IMG/VR virus record: IMGVR_UViG_3300033183_000491
Coordinates: 62,001-126,000 of that record
Direction: 5' to 3' (one strand)
DNA: 64,000 nt
Position 1 is the stretch's first letter; each line of letters starts with the position of its first letter. The notes below the pieces were generated by a model. That model made no database searches and was not told the DNA's origin. It saw nothing but the letters and a program-made list of their open reading frames with translations. Positions 10,288 to 20,100 of this stretch are shown one piece after another. A program made the position numbers and the translations under genes.

Positions 10288-11264
10288 TAAGTATTATTCC
10301 TTAAACATGACTTAAGTGATATTAAAAAAGAATGAATATCGTAAAAATTTAAACCTTCACGATTCATTATTTTCATAAGCTTGAATTTATTGATTTTCGC
10401 TTCTTTGTTTTCATATTGAAAGTTTATTTTTTTTATTTGATCTGCGCTTAACATTGCAGAGTCTAAATACATTAACTTCCAATTTTTAATTAAATGATTT
10501 TTATTTTGTATTATATTACTAAAGAGTTTCAATTTACACCCGTTATTAATTTTTTTATCTGACTCATTAATAATATCATTAATTGATGTTTCTCTTTTCT
10601 GAATTAAATCTGGGAATCTCTTTACTATTGTTTTAATCCCTGCACCTTTGATCCCTTTGATACCATCACTAACATCTCCTGAAAAGCATCTTGCAAGACA
10701 AAAATTGTATGCTGGAACTCCCCAGTTTTCTAATACATATTCTTCATCTATTAATTGCTTTTTATTTGGAGACCAGATTTTAGTATTCTCATCTAAAAGT
10801 TGATAATAATCCTTATCAGAAGTTACTATTATATTTTTTGTATCTTGTTTTTTTGTTTTAACTAGATAAGAAATAACATCATCTGCTTCACAGTCATTTA
10901 CATATATTTGTGTAACAGGTGTATCATATAATATTTCTACTAAAATCTTTAATTGATTATCTCTATTTTCAGTTGTATCTGGAATGTCTTTATAATATTC
11001 ACTTCTATTAAGTTTTACTGGTCTACGTCCTTCTTTGTAATTTGGGTCGATGTTTCTTCTTCTCAAAGATCCTCCACCTTCCCAAGCAACGACTATTTTT
11101 TGAGGTCTAAACTTAGAAGATAAATAATCTATATTTTTAAGAAAACCAATAATTCCTCCACAAAGATTTCCATTTAAAGACTTTGTGGGGTTAGCAGCAA
11201 AATGTCTCATGAAAACATTCAGACCATCAATATAAATAATAGGTTTATCATTATAGTAAATCAA
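10287..11264 (-). CDS. 5'-3' exonuclease / flap endonuclease (T4 RNase H-like)
   Basis: IDGLN, YKEGR, EADDVI, SDKDYYQL, GDVSDGIKGIKGAG H3TH; TTG start. Confidence 0.93.
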   Translation of the reverse strand: MIYYNDKPIIYIDGLNVFMRHFAANPTKSLNGNLCGGIIGFLKNIDYLSSKFRPQKIVVAWEGGGSLRRRNIDPNYKEGRRPVKLNRSEYYKDIPDTTENRDNQLKILVEILYDTPVTQIYVNDCEADDVISYLVKTKKQDTKNIIVTSDKDYYQLLDENTKIWSPNKKQLIDEEYVLENWGVPAYNFCLARCFSGDVSDGIKGIKGAGIKTIVKRFPDLIQKRETSINDIINESDKKINNGCKLKLFSNIIQNKNHLIKNWKLMYLDSAMLSADQIKKINFQYENKEAKINKFKLMKIMNREGLNFYDIHSFLISLKSCLRNNT

Positions 11265-11288
11265 GAATTTTCCTTTTTTTAGATAATT

Positions 11289-11317
11289 AGAATATTAATA
11301 TAATTTTGTTTTTACAC
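11289..11317 (-). promoter_or_regulatory. promoter GTGTAA-17-TATTCT, overlapping a divergent plus-strand AT motif
   Basis: upstream of the exonuclease-helicase-dut-nrd operon. Confidence 0.6.
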
Positions 11318-11332
11318 TTTTAGAGAGGAAAT

Positions 11333-11770
11333 ATGTCTTATATAGAAAGAAATACTTATTTCGCTGAATTGAATGGTGCTACTTCAACTAGAATACAAGG
11401 TGGTGGAAATGGTGTAGGATCAGGAATTAAAGGAGTTTTAACGTTTTCAAGTGAAAAACACTGGATTAGTTCTAACACAGAAAATACAGATTTTACAGTA
11501 ACTTCTGAATGTTTAATTCAAGGTTCTTCACAATCAACAAATGACGGTGCTGATCTTTATCATAGATATGGTATTACAGGAAATAATTTGTCTATTGCTT
11601 ATAGTGGACAAACTAACGCTGAAGCTGCTGGGTCTTTTTCGAAAATAGATGAAGATGTATTTTCAATATCCAATGTAGGAAACTTTAGCTTTGAATTAAC
11701 TGGAAAGTATAACAGTGGTTATTTTTGTGACGAAAACTCAAAATTAGTAGTTTTAAGGTTAGGATATTAA
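11333..11770 (+). CDS. hypothetical beta-rich protein (inverted cassette, gene 1)
   Basis: GAGGA RBS; Ser/Gly/Thr-rich 145 aa. Confidence 0.75.
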   Translation: MSYIERNTYFAELNGATSTRIQGGGNGVGSGIKGVLTFSSEKHWISSNTENTDFTVTSECLIQGSSQSTNDGADLYHRYGITGNNLSIAYSGQTNAEAAGSFSKIDEDVFSISNVGNFSFELTGKYNSGYFCDENSKLVVLRLGY

Positions 11771-11771
11771 A

Positions 11772-12290
11772 GTGACATATGGACACATTTTAAAACCTGA
11801 TGTTAGTGTTGGTATAATTGATTTAGATACTGCAGGTGTTACTATTTCTAATACTGCACCTAAAGTAGAATTTAATCCAATAAATTGGAGATCATCAAGT
11901 AGTGGATCAGCTTCTGTCACTGGTATAGATAGTGATATTATTACACTTGTAGCTAATAAAAAATATTTATTACAAGCTACTTTAAGTTTTAACGCAGCAA
12001 TTGGTTATAGTGATAGAAAATATAGATGGTATAATGAGTCTACTTCTTCATGGATAGGCAAACATGGTATATGTGATGGTTCATATGAAGCATATGGAAG
12101 CATAACACTAGAAAGAATTGATGAATCTGCCAGAGCTGTTATTACTGTTGGTTCTTCCAATGTCAATGTGAGTCTAAGATATTCTGGAACAACTGCACAA
12201 TCATTTTCTGTAGGGAACAGAAATCTCTCATCTCCCTGGACATACTTAGAAGATTATGGAAGAATAGAAATATGGGAGTTTAATCAATGA
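11772..12290 (+). CDS. hypothetical beta-rich protein, possible C1q/BclA-like virion domain
   Basis: GTG start abutting the previous stop; DIITLVANKKYLLQATLSF strand pattern. Confidence 0.7.
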   Translation: MTYGHILKPDVSVGIIDLDTAGVTISNTAPKVEFNPINWRSSSSGSASVTGIDSDIITLVANKKYLLQATLSFNAAIGYSDRKYRWYNESTSSWIGKHGICDGSYEAYGSITLERIDESARAVITVGSSNVNVSLRYSGTTAQSFSVGNRNLSSPWTYLEDYGRIEIWEFNQ

Positions 12291-12748
12291 CTTATAATCA
12301 ATATATAAATAGAGAAGCTGAGTCTATTCTTTGTGAATTTAAAATGTCCTCAGACCAAAGTATAACATCTACATCGAATTATGGTCAAACTGTTGCTATA
12401 GACACAGTTAACGGTTCTAATAGTGTAACTGTTAGTAGCAATATAATTTCTTTACCTAAAGGATATGAATTCTTAATAAGATTTTTTGTTGGTATAAGTA
12501 GAAATAGTATTGGTGGTGAGTTATACGCTAAAGTAGAGTATAGTAATGGGTCGAGTGTTTTAGATGCGACTTTAGCTGAAATTGGTGGCGCTGGTAACAA
12601 TAAGTCTTCCTTGGAAGATATCACATGTGTTATTGATACTAGTAGTGAAGCAAAAGATATTGTGTATAAAGCTCATATAAACTCAGGATACACAATATCT
12701 CTACTTTCAGAACATTGTTATGGTATTATTTTAGGTTTTGAAAAATAA
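12287..12748 (+). CDS. hypothetical beta-rich protein, probable paralogue of the previous gene
   Basis: ATGA overlap; NIISLPKGYEFLIRFFVGI pattern. Confidence 0.7.
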   Translation: MTYNQYINREAESILCEFKMSSDQSITSTSNYGQTVAIDTVNGSNSVTVSSNIISLPKGYEFLIRFFVGISRNSIGGELYAKVEYSNGSSVLDATLAEIGGAGNNKSSLEDITCVIDTSSEAKDIVYKAHINSGYTISLLSEHCYGIILGFEK

Positions 12749-12749
12749 A

Positions 12750-13943
12750 TTACTTTAACATTTCAAATGCGTCTTCGTGCACTTCCATAACGTGTTCTGC
12801 AACAGCTCTAATATCTGTATAACTTTCAGGATCAATATCTGGATCTTCTGTTTCGTTCTTTCTAATCATTGCTTTTTCTAAGAGCATGTCAACATATTGA
12901 CTATATTCTGTGTGATTCATAATTTCGCCGAAATCTCCTTTGTAGAATTTCTTTTGAATAATTTGTTCACCATCAGAATTATAGACTTCTAAATGTTTCC
13001 ATGCACCATTTCCTCCTACTTCGATTGTATATCCACCAATTTCTTCTGACCCATGTTTTCTTAATACATCAAAGACTTGTTCGTGTTCTTTAATACCTTT
13101 ACCAAAGTGAATTTCAAAATTACATGTTCTAAATGGAGCTGATACTTTGTTTTTAATTGTTTTAGCAGAAACATTAATCCCGATAGGCTCTTTATCTTTA
13201 TTAAGAATTTGAGAACCTGCACCTAATTTGATACGTACTGAACTATGGAATGGTATTGCCATGCCGCCCGGTGTTGTTGTCGGATCACCATACATTGTGC
13301 CAACTTTTGTTCTAATCTGATTAAGACAAATCATAAGAACTTTTTCGTTTGCAATTACACCAGTAATTTTTCTCATACCTTTTGAAATAGCGCGCGCTTG
13401 TAAGCCAATACTTTCTTTTTCATAATCACCAGTAAGTTCTGCTCTTGGTGAAGTTGCAGCAACTGAGTCCCATATAATTGTAACAGGAACATCTTTGTCC
13501 ATCGCCTTAGCTTTAATAATAGTACTTTCAGCGATGGACAATACTTCTTCTGTACAATGTGTATCTACATAAACAAATCTTTTCTTTATATCGACACCTA
13601 GCATTCTAAGGTTTTCAACTGATGTGGCGTTTTCTGTGTCAATATAGACTACGATTCCTCCCATCTTCTGTGTCGATTTTGCGATTTGAGTTGCAATATG
13701 AGATTTACCAATACTTGGAGGACCAAAGATTTCTACGATTCTACCTTCTGGTAAACCACCATCTTTTTGATTTGATATAATATAATCTAATTGTTTAGAG
13801 CCAGTGCTGATCCATCTGTTAACGTGTGTAGGAGATTCATCAGTACTTAAATTATAAGCGACGCGAGTTCCTCTTTCTTTGTTAAGAGATTTAATGAGAT
13901 CAGATGTAAAATCATCTAATTCTTCTTTTTTCTTTTTAGCCAT
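12750..13943 (-). CDS. recA: RecA/UvsX recombinase
   Basis: ISTGS..LD, GRIVEIFGPPSIGKS, YIDTE, WDSVAA, LNQIR, TTPGG.AIPFHSSVR. Confidence 0.97.
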   Translation of the reverse strand: MAKKKKEELDDFTSDLIKSLNKERGTRVAYNLSTDESPTHVNRWISTGSKQLDYIISNQKDGGLPEGRIVEIFGPPSIGKSHIATQIAKSTQKMGGIVVYIDTENATSVENLRMLGVDIKKRFVYVDTHCTEEVLSIAESTIIKAKAMDKDVPVTIIWDSVAATSPRAELTGDYEKESIGLQARAISKGMRKITGVIANEKVLMICLNQIRTKVGTMYGDPTTTPGGMAIPFHSSVRIKLGAGSQILNKDKEPIGINVSAKTIKNKVSAPFRTCNFEIHFGKGIKEHEQVFDVLRKHGSEEIGGYTIEVGGNGAWKHLEVYNSDGEQIIQKKFYKGDFGEIMNHTEYSQYVDMLLEKAMIRKNETEDPDIDPESYTDIRAVAEHVMEVHEDAFEMLK

Positions 13944-13968
13944 TTAAATTTCTCCTTGACATGACTAT

Positions 13969-13997
13969 ATTTTAATACAGACTTCTTGGGTCTACAA
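13969..13997 (-). promoter_or_regulatory. promoter TTGTAG-17-TAAAAT
   Basis: upstream of recA, just past a terminator. Confidence 0.6.
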
Positions 13998-14006
13998 AAT
14001 TACTTT

Positions 14007-14032
14007 AAAAAAATACCAGCATTAGCTGGTAT
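14007..14032 (-). terminator. intrinsic terminator after ssb
   Basis: ATACCAGC-4nt-GCTGGTAT stem followed by a T run on the minus strand. Confidence 0.8.
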
Positions 14033-14062
14033 AGATTTCGTAATATTTTTATGAGTCTTTTT

Positions 14063-14851
14063 TTATAGAGAATCTAGATCTGCAAAGGCATCATCTAAAC
14101 TCTTGTATTTACCGTTAATTGAATCTGGGGAATCATCATCTTGTTTTTGTGAATTATAATTTCCGCCTCTTGTTGTTTCTGAAGAGGATTCTTCATCATC
14201 GTCATTAAGCCAATTATTTACGATTTTTTCAAGATCTTCGTAAGATTTAAGTTCGAAAAGGTCATTAACATCTGGGATTGTATCCAACCATTGCTTTGAC
14301 TTTGATGAATCTTCAGACAAGGGTGAATCTTTTCCACGAGGTCTTACTTCAGTTGTTGCCCACATTTGACCGGGATTTTTTGTACAAATAATACGAACGT
14401 CTCTTCCTTCATGAGGATCAGTAATATCGCCATAATCTTCATCTAACATATAATTTAGAAGAGTTTGATAGACTGATTTTCCAAATGCCCAAAGTCTAAC
14501 ACCTTTTTCTTCTTCACCTCGGACAATAACTGGAGCATAACATCTCATTTTTGGATATAGCTTTTTAGCTAATTCATATGATTCTTTAGATCCTTCATCG
14601 CGAAGTTTTGTAATAAGCTCTTGAATAGGGTCTGGTTTGTCAAATTGATAAGGAGAAAGAAGTCCTGGATTGTTACCGATGTTGTAATAGAACATAAGCT
14701 CTTTAAATGGTTGACCGTCATTATTAGGATAAGCAAGGAGTCTTACTGTTGTTTCGGATCCTTCTTCTGGTCTCCACATAACATTCTTTTTAGAATTTTG
14801 TCCACTGAGTTGACCAAGTTTTTTACGGATTGCTGCTAGATCAATAGCCAT
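14063..14851 (-). CDS. gp32-like single-stranded DNA-binding protein
   Basis: WRP, VR.LAY, DPIQE, GVRLWAFG, DYGDITDP..GRD, acidic tail DDAFADL; next to recA. Confidence 0.88.
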   Translation of the reverse strand: MAIDLAAIRKKLGQLSGQNSKKNVMWRPEEGSETTVRLLAYPNNDGQPFKELMFYYNIGNNPGLLSPYQFDKPDPIQELITKLRDEGSKESYELAKKLYPKMRCYAPVIVRGEEEKGVRLWAFGKSVYQTLLNYMLDEDYGDITDPHEGRDVRIICTKNPGQMWATTEVRPRGKDSPLSEDSSKSKQWLDTIPDVNDLFELKSYEDLEKIVNNWLNDDDEESSSETTRGGNYNSQKQDDDSPDSINGKYKSLDDAFADLDSL

Positions 14852-14869
14852 ATTGTGAAATTGCCTTTC

Positions 14870-14916
14870 ATTGTTTATTTGTTTAATTTTTTAATTGGTT
14901 AATTGTTTAATTGTTT
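14870..14916 (-). repeat. six tandem ~8-nt units (consensus AAACAATT on the mRNA) in the ssb leader
   Basis: plus strand attgttt/atttgttt/aatttttt/aattggtt/aattgttt/aattgttt. Confidence 0.8.
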
Positions 14917-14937
14917 TTGTCTACCAATTATGGAGAC

Positions 14938-14966
14938 ATTATATGTTATAAATTTTGTTTTTACAC
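14938..14966 (-). promoter_or_regulatory. promoter GTGTAA-17-TATAAT
   Basis: upstream of the ssb leader. Confidence 0.7.
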
Positions 14967-14972
14967 AAAAAT

Positions 14973-15200
14973 TTATTTATTGTTTTTTAAGTAATATTGA
15001 ACTGATTTTGTTTTTGATTTTTTGTTTTTAGAACGATGCTTTTTATCTGTTGATTTTTGATCTTTATAAATATTTTCTCCATGAGAAGCTGCAGTAGAAC
15101 CTGTACCAAGAGGGGTTGCGACTCCACCGATTGCGCCTGCACCTGAAAATTCGTTTATTAGTTTTTCTAATATTATTTCATAGATATCATCTTCTAACAT
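14973..15200 (-). CDS. small hypothetical protein
   Basis: AGGAG RBS; LINE then Gly-rich FSGAGAIGG, basic tail. Confidence 0.75.
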   Translation of the reverse strand: MLEDDIYEIILEKLINEFSGAGAIGGVATPLGTGSTAASHGENIYKDQKSTDKKHRSKNKKSKTKSVQYYLKNNK

Positions 15201-15230
15201 AATTGCTCCTTTTATAATAATCTATAAATA

Positions 15231-15836
15231 TTAAAATGGAGAAGTGTATGTGTTATCGATTCTATCTTTTTCATCTTTCATTACAGATTCATGCGCTAAT
15301 TGCATTACTAACGAAAGACGACATTTATAATAACCATAAAATTTATTATCTTCAGAGGTTAAGTCTTTAAGTAAAGAGAGAGTTTGCCATTCATCCCAAG
15401 AAAGATTAATCCCGTAATGTTGGATTATAAACAATGTCATATCATTTACTTGGTATTTAGGGCAATTTTCATTCCAATCGTAATATTGACCAAGTTTTTC
15501 TTTATGCCACTCTGATTTTGTTTCAATGAATCTGTCTTCATGGATAGTACCTACTCTTCCTAAGATTGTAAGTAAAGAACATTTTATAATAGAAGATTTA
15601 TTTAAATCATAATTTAAAGCTTTAGAAATATTATTTGCAGATTTTGCAAGTTCTAAAGAATATTCAACGAGTCCTCCAATTCCACAAAAAGGTTCTTTTT
15701 CTCTTTGTGAAAATGATCCAGTTAAAATTCTTTGGCCAAATTGATCAACGATTTTACTCACGTTTTCATCATTTAGCTTATTTAATAGGTTACTATATTT
15801 TTCCCATAAAGATTCAACGTCGCGTTCTTTATACAT
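15231..15836 (-). CDS. HD-domain-like protein with degenerate metal site
   Basis: GGLVEYSL and LLTILGRVG align with GGL.EH and LLHD.GK of YhaM-type HD proteins. Confidence 0.6.
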   Translation of the reverse strand: MYKERDVESLWEKYSNLLNKLNDENVSKIVDQFGQRILTGSFSQREKEPFCGIGGLVEYSLELAKSANNISKALNYDLNKSSIIKCSLLTILGRVGTIHEDRFIETKSEWHKEKLGQYYDWNENCPKYQVNDMTLFIIQHYGINLSWDEWQTLSLLKDLTSEDNKFYGYYKCRLSLVMQLAHESVMKDEKDRIDNTYTSPF

Positions 15837-15846
15837 TAATTTCCTT

Positions 15847-16098
15847 TTATAATTTCCATTTAATTCCTGTTACATTTTGGAATCTTTTTGTTAAGTCTTT
15901 TTTCTTATGAATCATGTCAATAGCAAGATCGATATCACAATCTTTTTTATTAAGCTCAGTCATTAAATCTTTTGATACATTTAAAAGGTTTTGCAAAACT
16001 TCTAATTGAATATCTGAACCTGAAATGTTGACAGAGATATCTTGTCCTTTTATAAATCTTGCTGCAATTTGATGTAATAAGTTCTCATTTATATTCAT
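15847..16098 (-). CDS. hypothetical protein
   Basis: 83-aa ORF with AAGGA RBS in operon. Confidence 0.75.
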   Translation of the reverse strand: MNINENLLHQIAARFIKGQDISVNISGSDIQLEVLQNLLNVSKDLMTELNKKDCDIDLAIDMIHKKKDLTKRFQNVTGIKWKL

Positions 16099-16113
16099 TT
16101 TAATTCCTTTATT

Positions 16114-17163
16114 CTAATCACATGAATTATTAAATTGTGATATAGACACAGGAAAATTACCTAAGTCTTTATCATTATATCCTTTCTTAATTATTTCTGA
16201 AAATTCATTAATATAGTCTTTTTGTATATCAAAAACAATAGCATCATGAATTATAAAAATTGGAACTGCTCTTTTTAAATCTAATTGATTAACAAGTTCA
16301 GAAAAATAAGTTAATGAAATATCAACAGCAGACGATTGGACGAAATTATTAATTATTATATTTTCTTTCTTCTCTTCTAGATTCCAAATTGGTCTTCCAA
16401 AAAAATTTCTTCGTATTCCATGGTCATCTACTTTAGACGATATTTCTAGTAAATACTCCATATTAAAAAATTCTTTGATCGTTTCAAAAATCTTTAAGGA
16501 TTTAGATGCTGATATATTCTTTAAGTTTTCGTGACTTGCACCATACAAAACTGATATTATTGCTCTTTTTATAATTGACCTATCGATATTAAACTCTAAT
16601 AACTCATTGATTTTATTGTAAATGTCTCCATCAATATCATTTCCTACTATTTTTAGACAAAACCTAGGCTCTAAATTTACAAAATCTAAACTTAGCAAAG
16701 ATCCTTCTTTAAATCTACTCTCAAATATATTTCTGCATCTTTTAGGTAATGTTAAAATGTTTGGACCATTATTTACAATAAGCCTTCCTGAAATGTTTTG
16801 AGAGTTATCAAATTCACACCTGTCAGCATAACCTTGATTAGGTTTAAATGACTTTAAATTACTTAAAATACTTTTATTTATTTCTAAAGTTTGAATTGCT
16901 TTATATGCTAACGAATTAATTTTAGATCTTTCTATATTAGAAAAGAGACTATCATAGTTTTCTAGTCTTTTAACATATCCTAGTGAATCAATTAAATTTA
17001 TATTATCTAATATTTCTTTCTTGTGATTTGTAAATTCTTCTAATAGATAATCTGGTATTACTTCTTCTTCTTCGTAATTCTCGTTATTCTGTTCGAAGAA
17101 TTTAAACATTTTCTTAAAGTGATCATTATAATTTGTATTATATATTCTAAATAATTTTTTCAT
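16114..17163 (-). CDS. small family A DNA polymerase-like protein (palm/fingers, no exonuclease)
   Basis: SGRL...PNI, motif A SLDFVNLEPR, motif B R...K.....LYG, NFFGR, N..VQSSAVD, motif C IHDA. Confidence 0.82.
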   Translation of the reverse strand: MKKLFRIYNTNYNDHFKKMFKFFEQNNENYEEEEVIPDYLLEEFTNHKKEILDNINLIDSLGYVKRLENYDSLFSNIERSKINSLAYKAIQTLEINKSILSNLKSFKPNQGYADRCEFDNSQNISGRLIVNNGPNILTLPKRCRNIFESRFKEGSLLSLDFVNLEPRFCLKIVGNDIDGDIYNKINELLEFNIDRSIIKRAIISVLYGASHENLKNISASKSLKIFETIKEFFNMEYLLEISSKVDDHGIRRNFFGRPIWNLEEKKENIIINNFVQSSAVDISLTYFSELVNQLDLKRAVPIFIIHDAIVFDIQKDYINEFSEIIKKGYNDKDLGNFPVSISQFNNSCD

Positions 17164-17169
17164 GTTTAT

Positions 17170-17198
17170 ATGATAACATAAACAATGTAAATTTACAC
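17170..17198 (-). promoter_or_regulatory. promoter GTGTAA-17-TATCAT; predicted leaderless transcript
   Basis: -10 ends 7 nt before the ATG at 17163; no SD sequence. Confidence 0.6.
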
Positions 17199-17199
17199 T

Positions 17200-20100
17200 T
17201 TATTTTTTAATATCTTCCCATTCAACATATTTAAATTTTTCCAAGTAATCTGAATTGAGTTCGTCAGATCCCTCGTCAGATTTTTTGTTTTCATTACCAT
17301 ATCTGTCTTTAACTTGTTCAAGTAATATTTTAAAAGCTGTTTCTTTTTCAATAGACTTAACATTATAGATACCAGAATTAGCTCTAGAGTTTATGATTTC
17401 TCGAAGCCAAGTATCAGCAGTTGAAATAGTATCTTGATTACCCCAAACGTGTTTTGATGTTGGTTTGTATTTTTTTATACTTAAATTATTTTTAAATTTA
17501 ACACGGGAAGCAATGCCATCACTTGGATTTAAAGAAACAGTTTTATTTTCAAGTTTTTTTTCAAGTTTTTTAATACTTTCTGGATTTGCATATTTAAAAA
17601 TTTCATTAAGACTTACTTGAGAAGTATCTTCTCCTGATAAGAGATTGAAATCTTCGTATATTTGCGATTGATTAATTATATCAATATGAAATCCATTATA
17701 TTTTTTACCATTTGGTCTTAATGGGACTCCTCGTTCATCTAAAACAATCCTTCCTTTAAACTTTTTTGTGTTTTCATCGAGGCTTTTAATTGTATTAACA
17801 TTCTTCGTTGTTATTCCATATCTATGTGGTTTTGGATAAGCCATATAATCAATACCTGCACCTACATTGTTTGCGCCTAGATTAAAACATGTTTTTATAA
17901 AAAATTGTGTTATTTTAAAGTCATCGTCATCATTAGGATCATATAAACAAACATTTTTTTGTTCACCATCAATATTTCTAACTAAATATATATCAGCAGC
18001 ATATCCTAAAGCGTGGTTCATATCTCCGCCGTGTGATCTTTTTAGTATTTTTTTTAACATATTTTTTTTGTTTCTAATATTTCCTTGAAGAAAAAGACCA
18101 AACTCTTCTACGTTTTCTGTAAGACTTCCTAAATCTTCTGTATAAAATGTATAAAATGTTTTAGCTATTTTATACCATAAATTTATTGATAAAGAACCGC
18201 CACTAATAATTTTAACTTTTTCTAAAGAAGGATAAACTTCTTGCGTCAACTTAAAAGATTCATCTATTATCTTTAATAATTTAGGCTGAATGTTGCTTCT
18301 TCTTTCAGTCCAAGCATCATATTCAAAACCATATTCTATATTACTACTCCCCGTAGGATTTTGCTTTCCATTTGGGTTATCTTCGCTAATATTATTTAAC
18401 TTTATAAATTCATCTTGGTTTCCTCCACCCACGAGATTTATTTTGTCTATTATTTCTTCTTTTATTTTTTTTATTCTATCTTTGTAAACATATCCAGTGT
18501 TTTTTAAACTTGAAAGTTTTCGCTTATCCTTTTTAGACATATTGATGCTTTTTGAAGAAGTTTTATCATTTGAAATCTTTAAAACCTGTTCGCTTTTTCC
18601 TTTAAATAAATCTTCTTCGATAATTTCATCTTCTTCAAAAACTAAAGATGACGTTCTAATAATCGAAGAATCTTCTTCAGACTCAGTGTCAGATTCTTCG
18701 ATTAAAGACCTTCTATCATAAGAGTTTTTGTTATACTCTGATTTTAAATCATATAAAATTGATGAATAATAATCTTCTCTAAATTCAGGATAAAAATATA
18801 AATTAGGATCTCTCTTGGTAAGAGTATCTCCTAATTCTTTATAGTCGATAGATAAATATTTTTTACCATAAAGATTATGTAACAAAAAAATATTTTTTTG
18901 TTTAGAGAAAATATTTTTTTTAAAAATACATTTATCTATTATCATATTAACATTGATTGAATAAGTTTCATCAATCTTATAAAATAAATTAAAATCGCTA
19001 TCTCCTGGTTTTAAATTATAATACTTTGAAAATGGTTCTGGTGTTTTTGTAAATTTCTCTTTCTCTTTAGTAAGAAGATATTCTCCGTTTATTGTATTTA
19101 AATAAATATCTGGTTCGAACAAATGAAAATTTGAATATTCATCATCTGATATTACTTGATTATTTAAAAAAACGTTTTGATTTTTTGCTATCTTATCATC
19201 TAATATAGTATATTCAAAAACAAAATAAATTTTATTGTCTTCACTTGAAAAATAAATATCTTTTATAAAGTCTATACTAGACAAACCATCTAAAGTATAA
19301 CTGTCTAGTATAGACTTTATATCTTCATAAGACATAATACTACATTCGTTAGAAATTTCGAAAGAAGTGTTTGTTAATGTCGACTTTAAAATTTCATTAT
19401 CATTTTTGTATAACTCTATACCGACTGAAGATGTTATTGATTGTCTTAAATATGTATTATTTTTATTAGATGAAAAAACTGAAAAGAAAGCCAACGAATA
19501 TTTGTTAAAAAAGTCAACCCCAGCCTTATCAGTATTATTAATTGTAAAATCTTCTCTAAGTTTAGACAGTATTTTATTGTAATCATTAAATGTTAAAGAT
19601 TTTACAGAAAAACCTACAGTTCTAGAGAAATCATTTTTATCTTTATACACATCAGAAATATTTTTTATATAAGAATAATAAAAATCTTTATTGTTATAGT
19701 TATAGAACTTCGATGTAAAATCATCGTTTTCTCCTGTTTCCAAAACTATTTCTTCTAAAGACTCATATCCTTCCATTTGGTCAATTGTTTTTGAAAAATC
19801 TATTGTATCAAAGTCTTTTCCAAGAAATAAATCTTCTGTGTTATTTAATGTTATTTGAGCTTTAATACTTGGATCCATTTTAAAAACTATTTCTTTTTGC
19901 GGAATAAAAGAAGAATGTTTTAATAGATTTTTATTTGTACCTGATAATTCAAATGCAAAAGAAAAATTTTGATCTTCAACTTCGTTATTAAATATTACTC
20001 TTCCATACGTTTCATAGTTTTTAATATTATTAAGAACATATCTAAATTCATCAATAAAAGAATAATAAGATCTACTCTTAAATTTTTCAATAATCTCAAT

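Noticed and set aside
16114-17163. PolA pseudogene or the main replicative polymerase
   Set aside because: Uninterrupted ORF with promoter and catalytic Asp residues argues against decay; too short and lacking an exonuclease for a replicase
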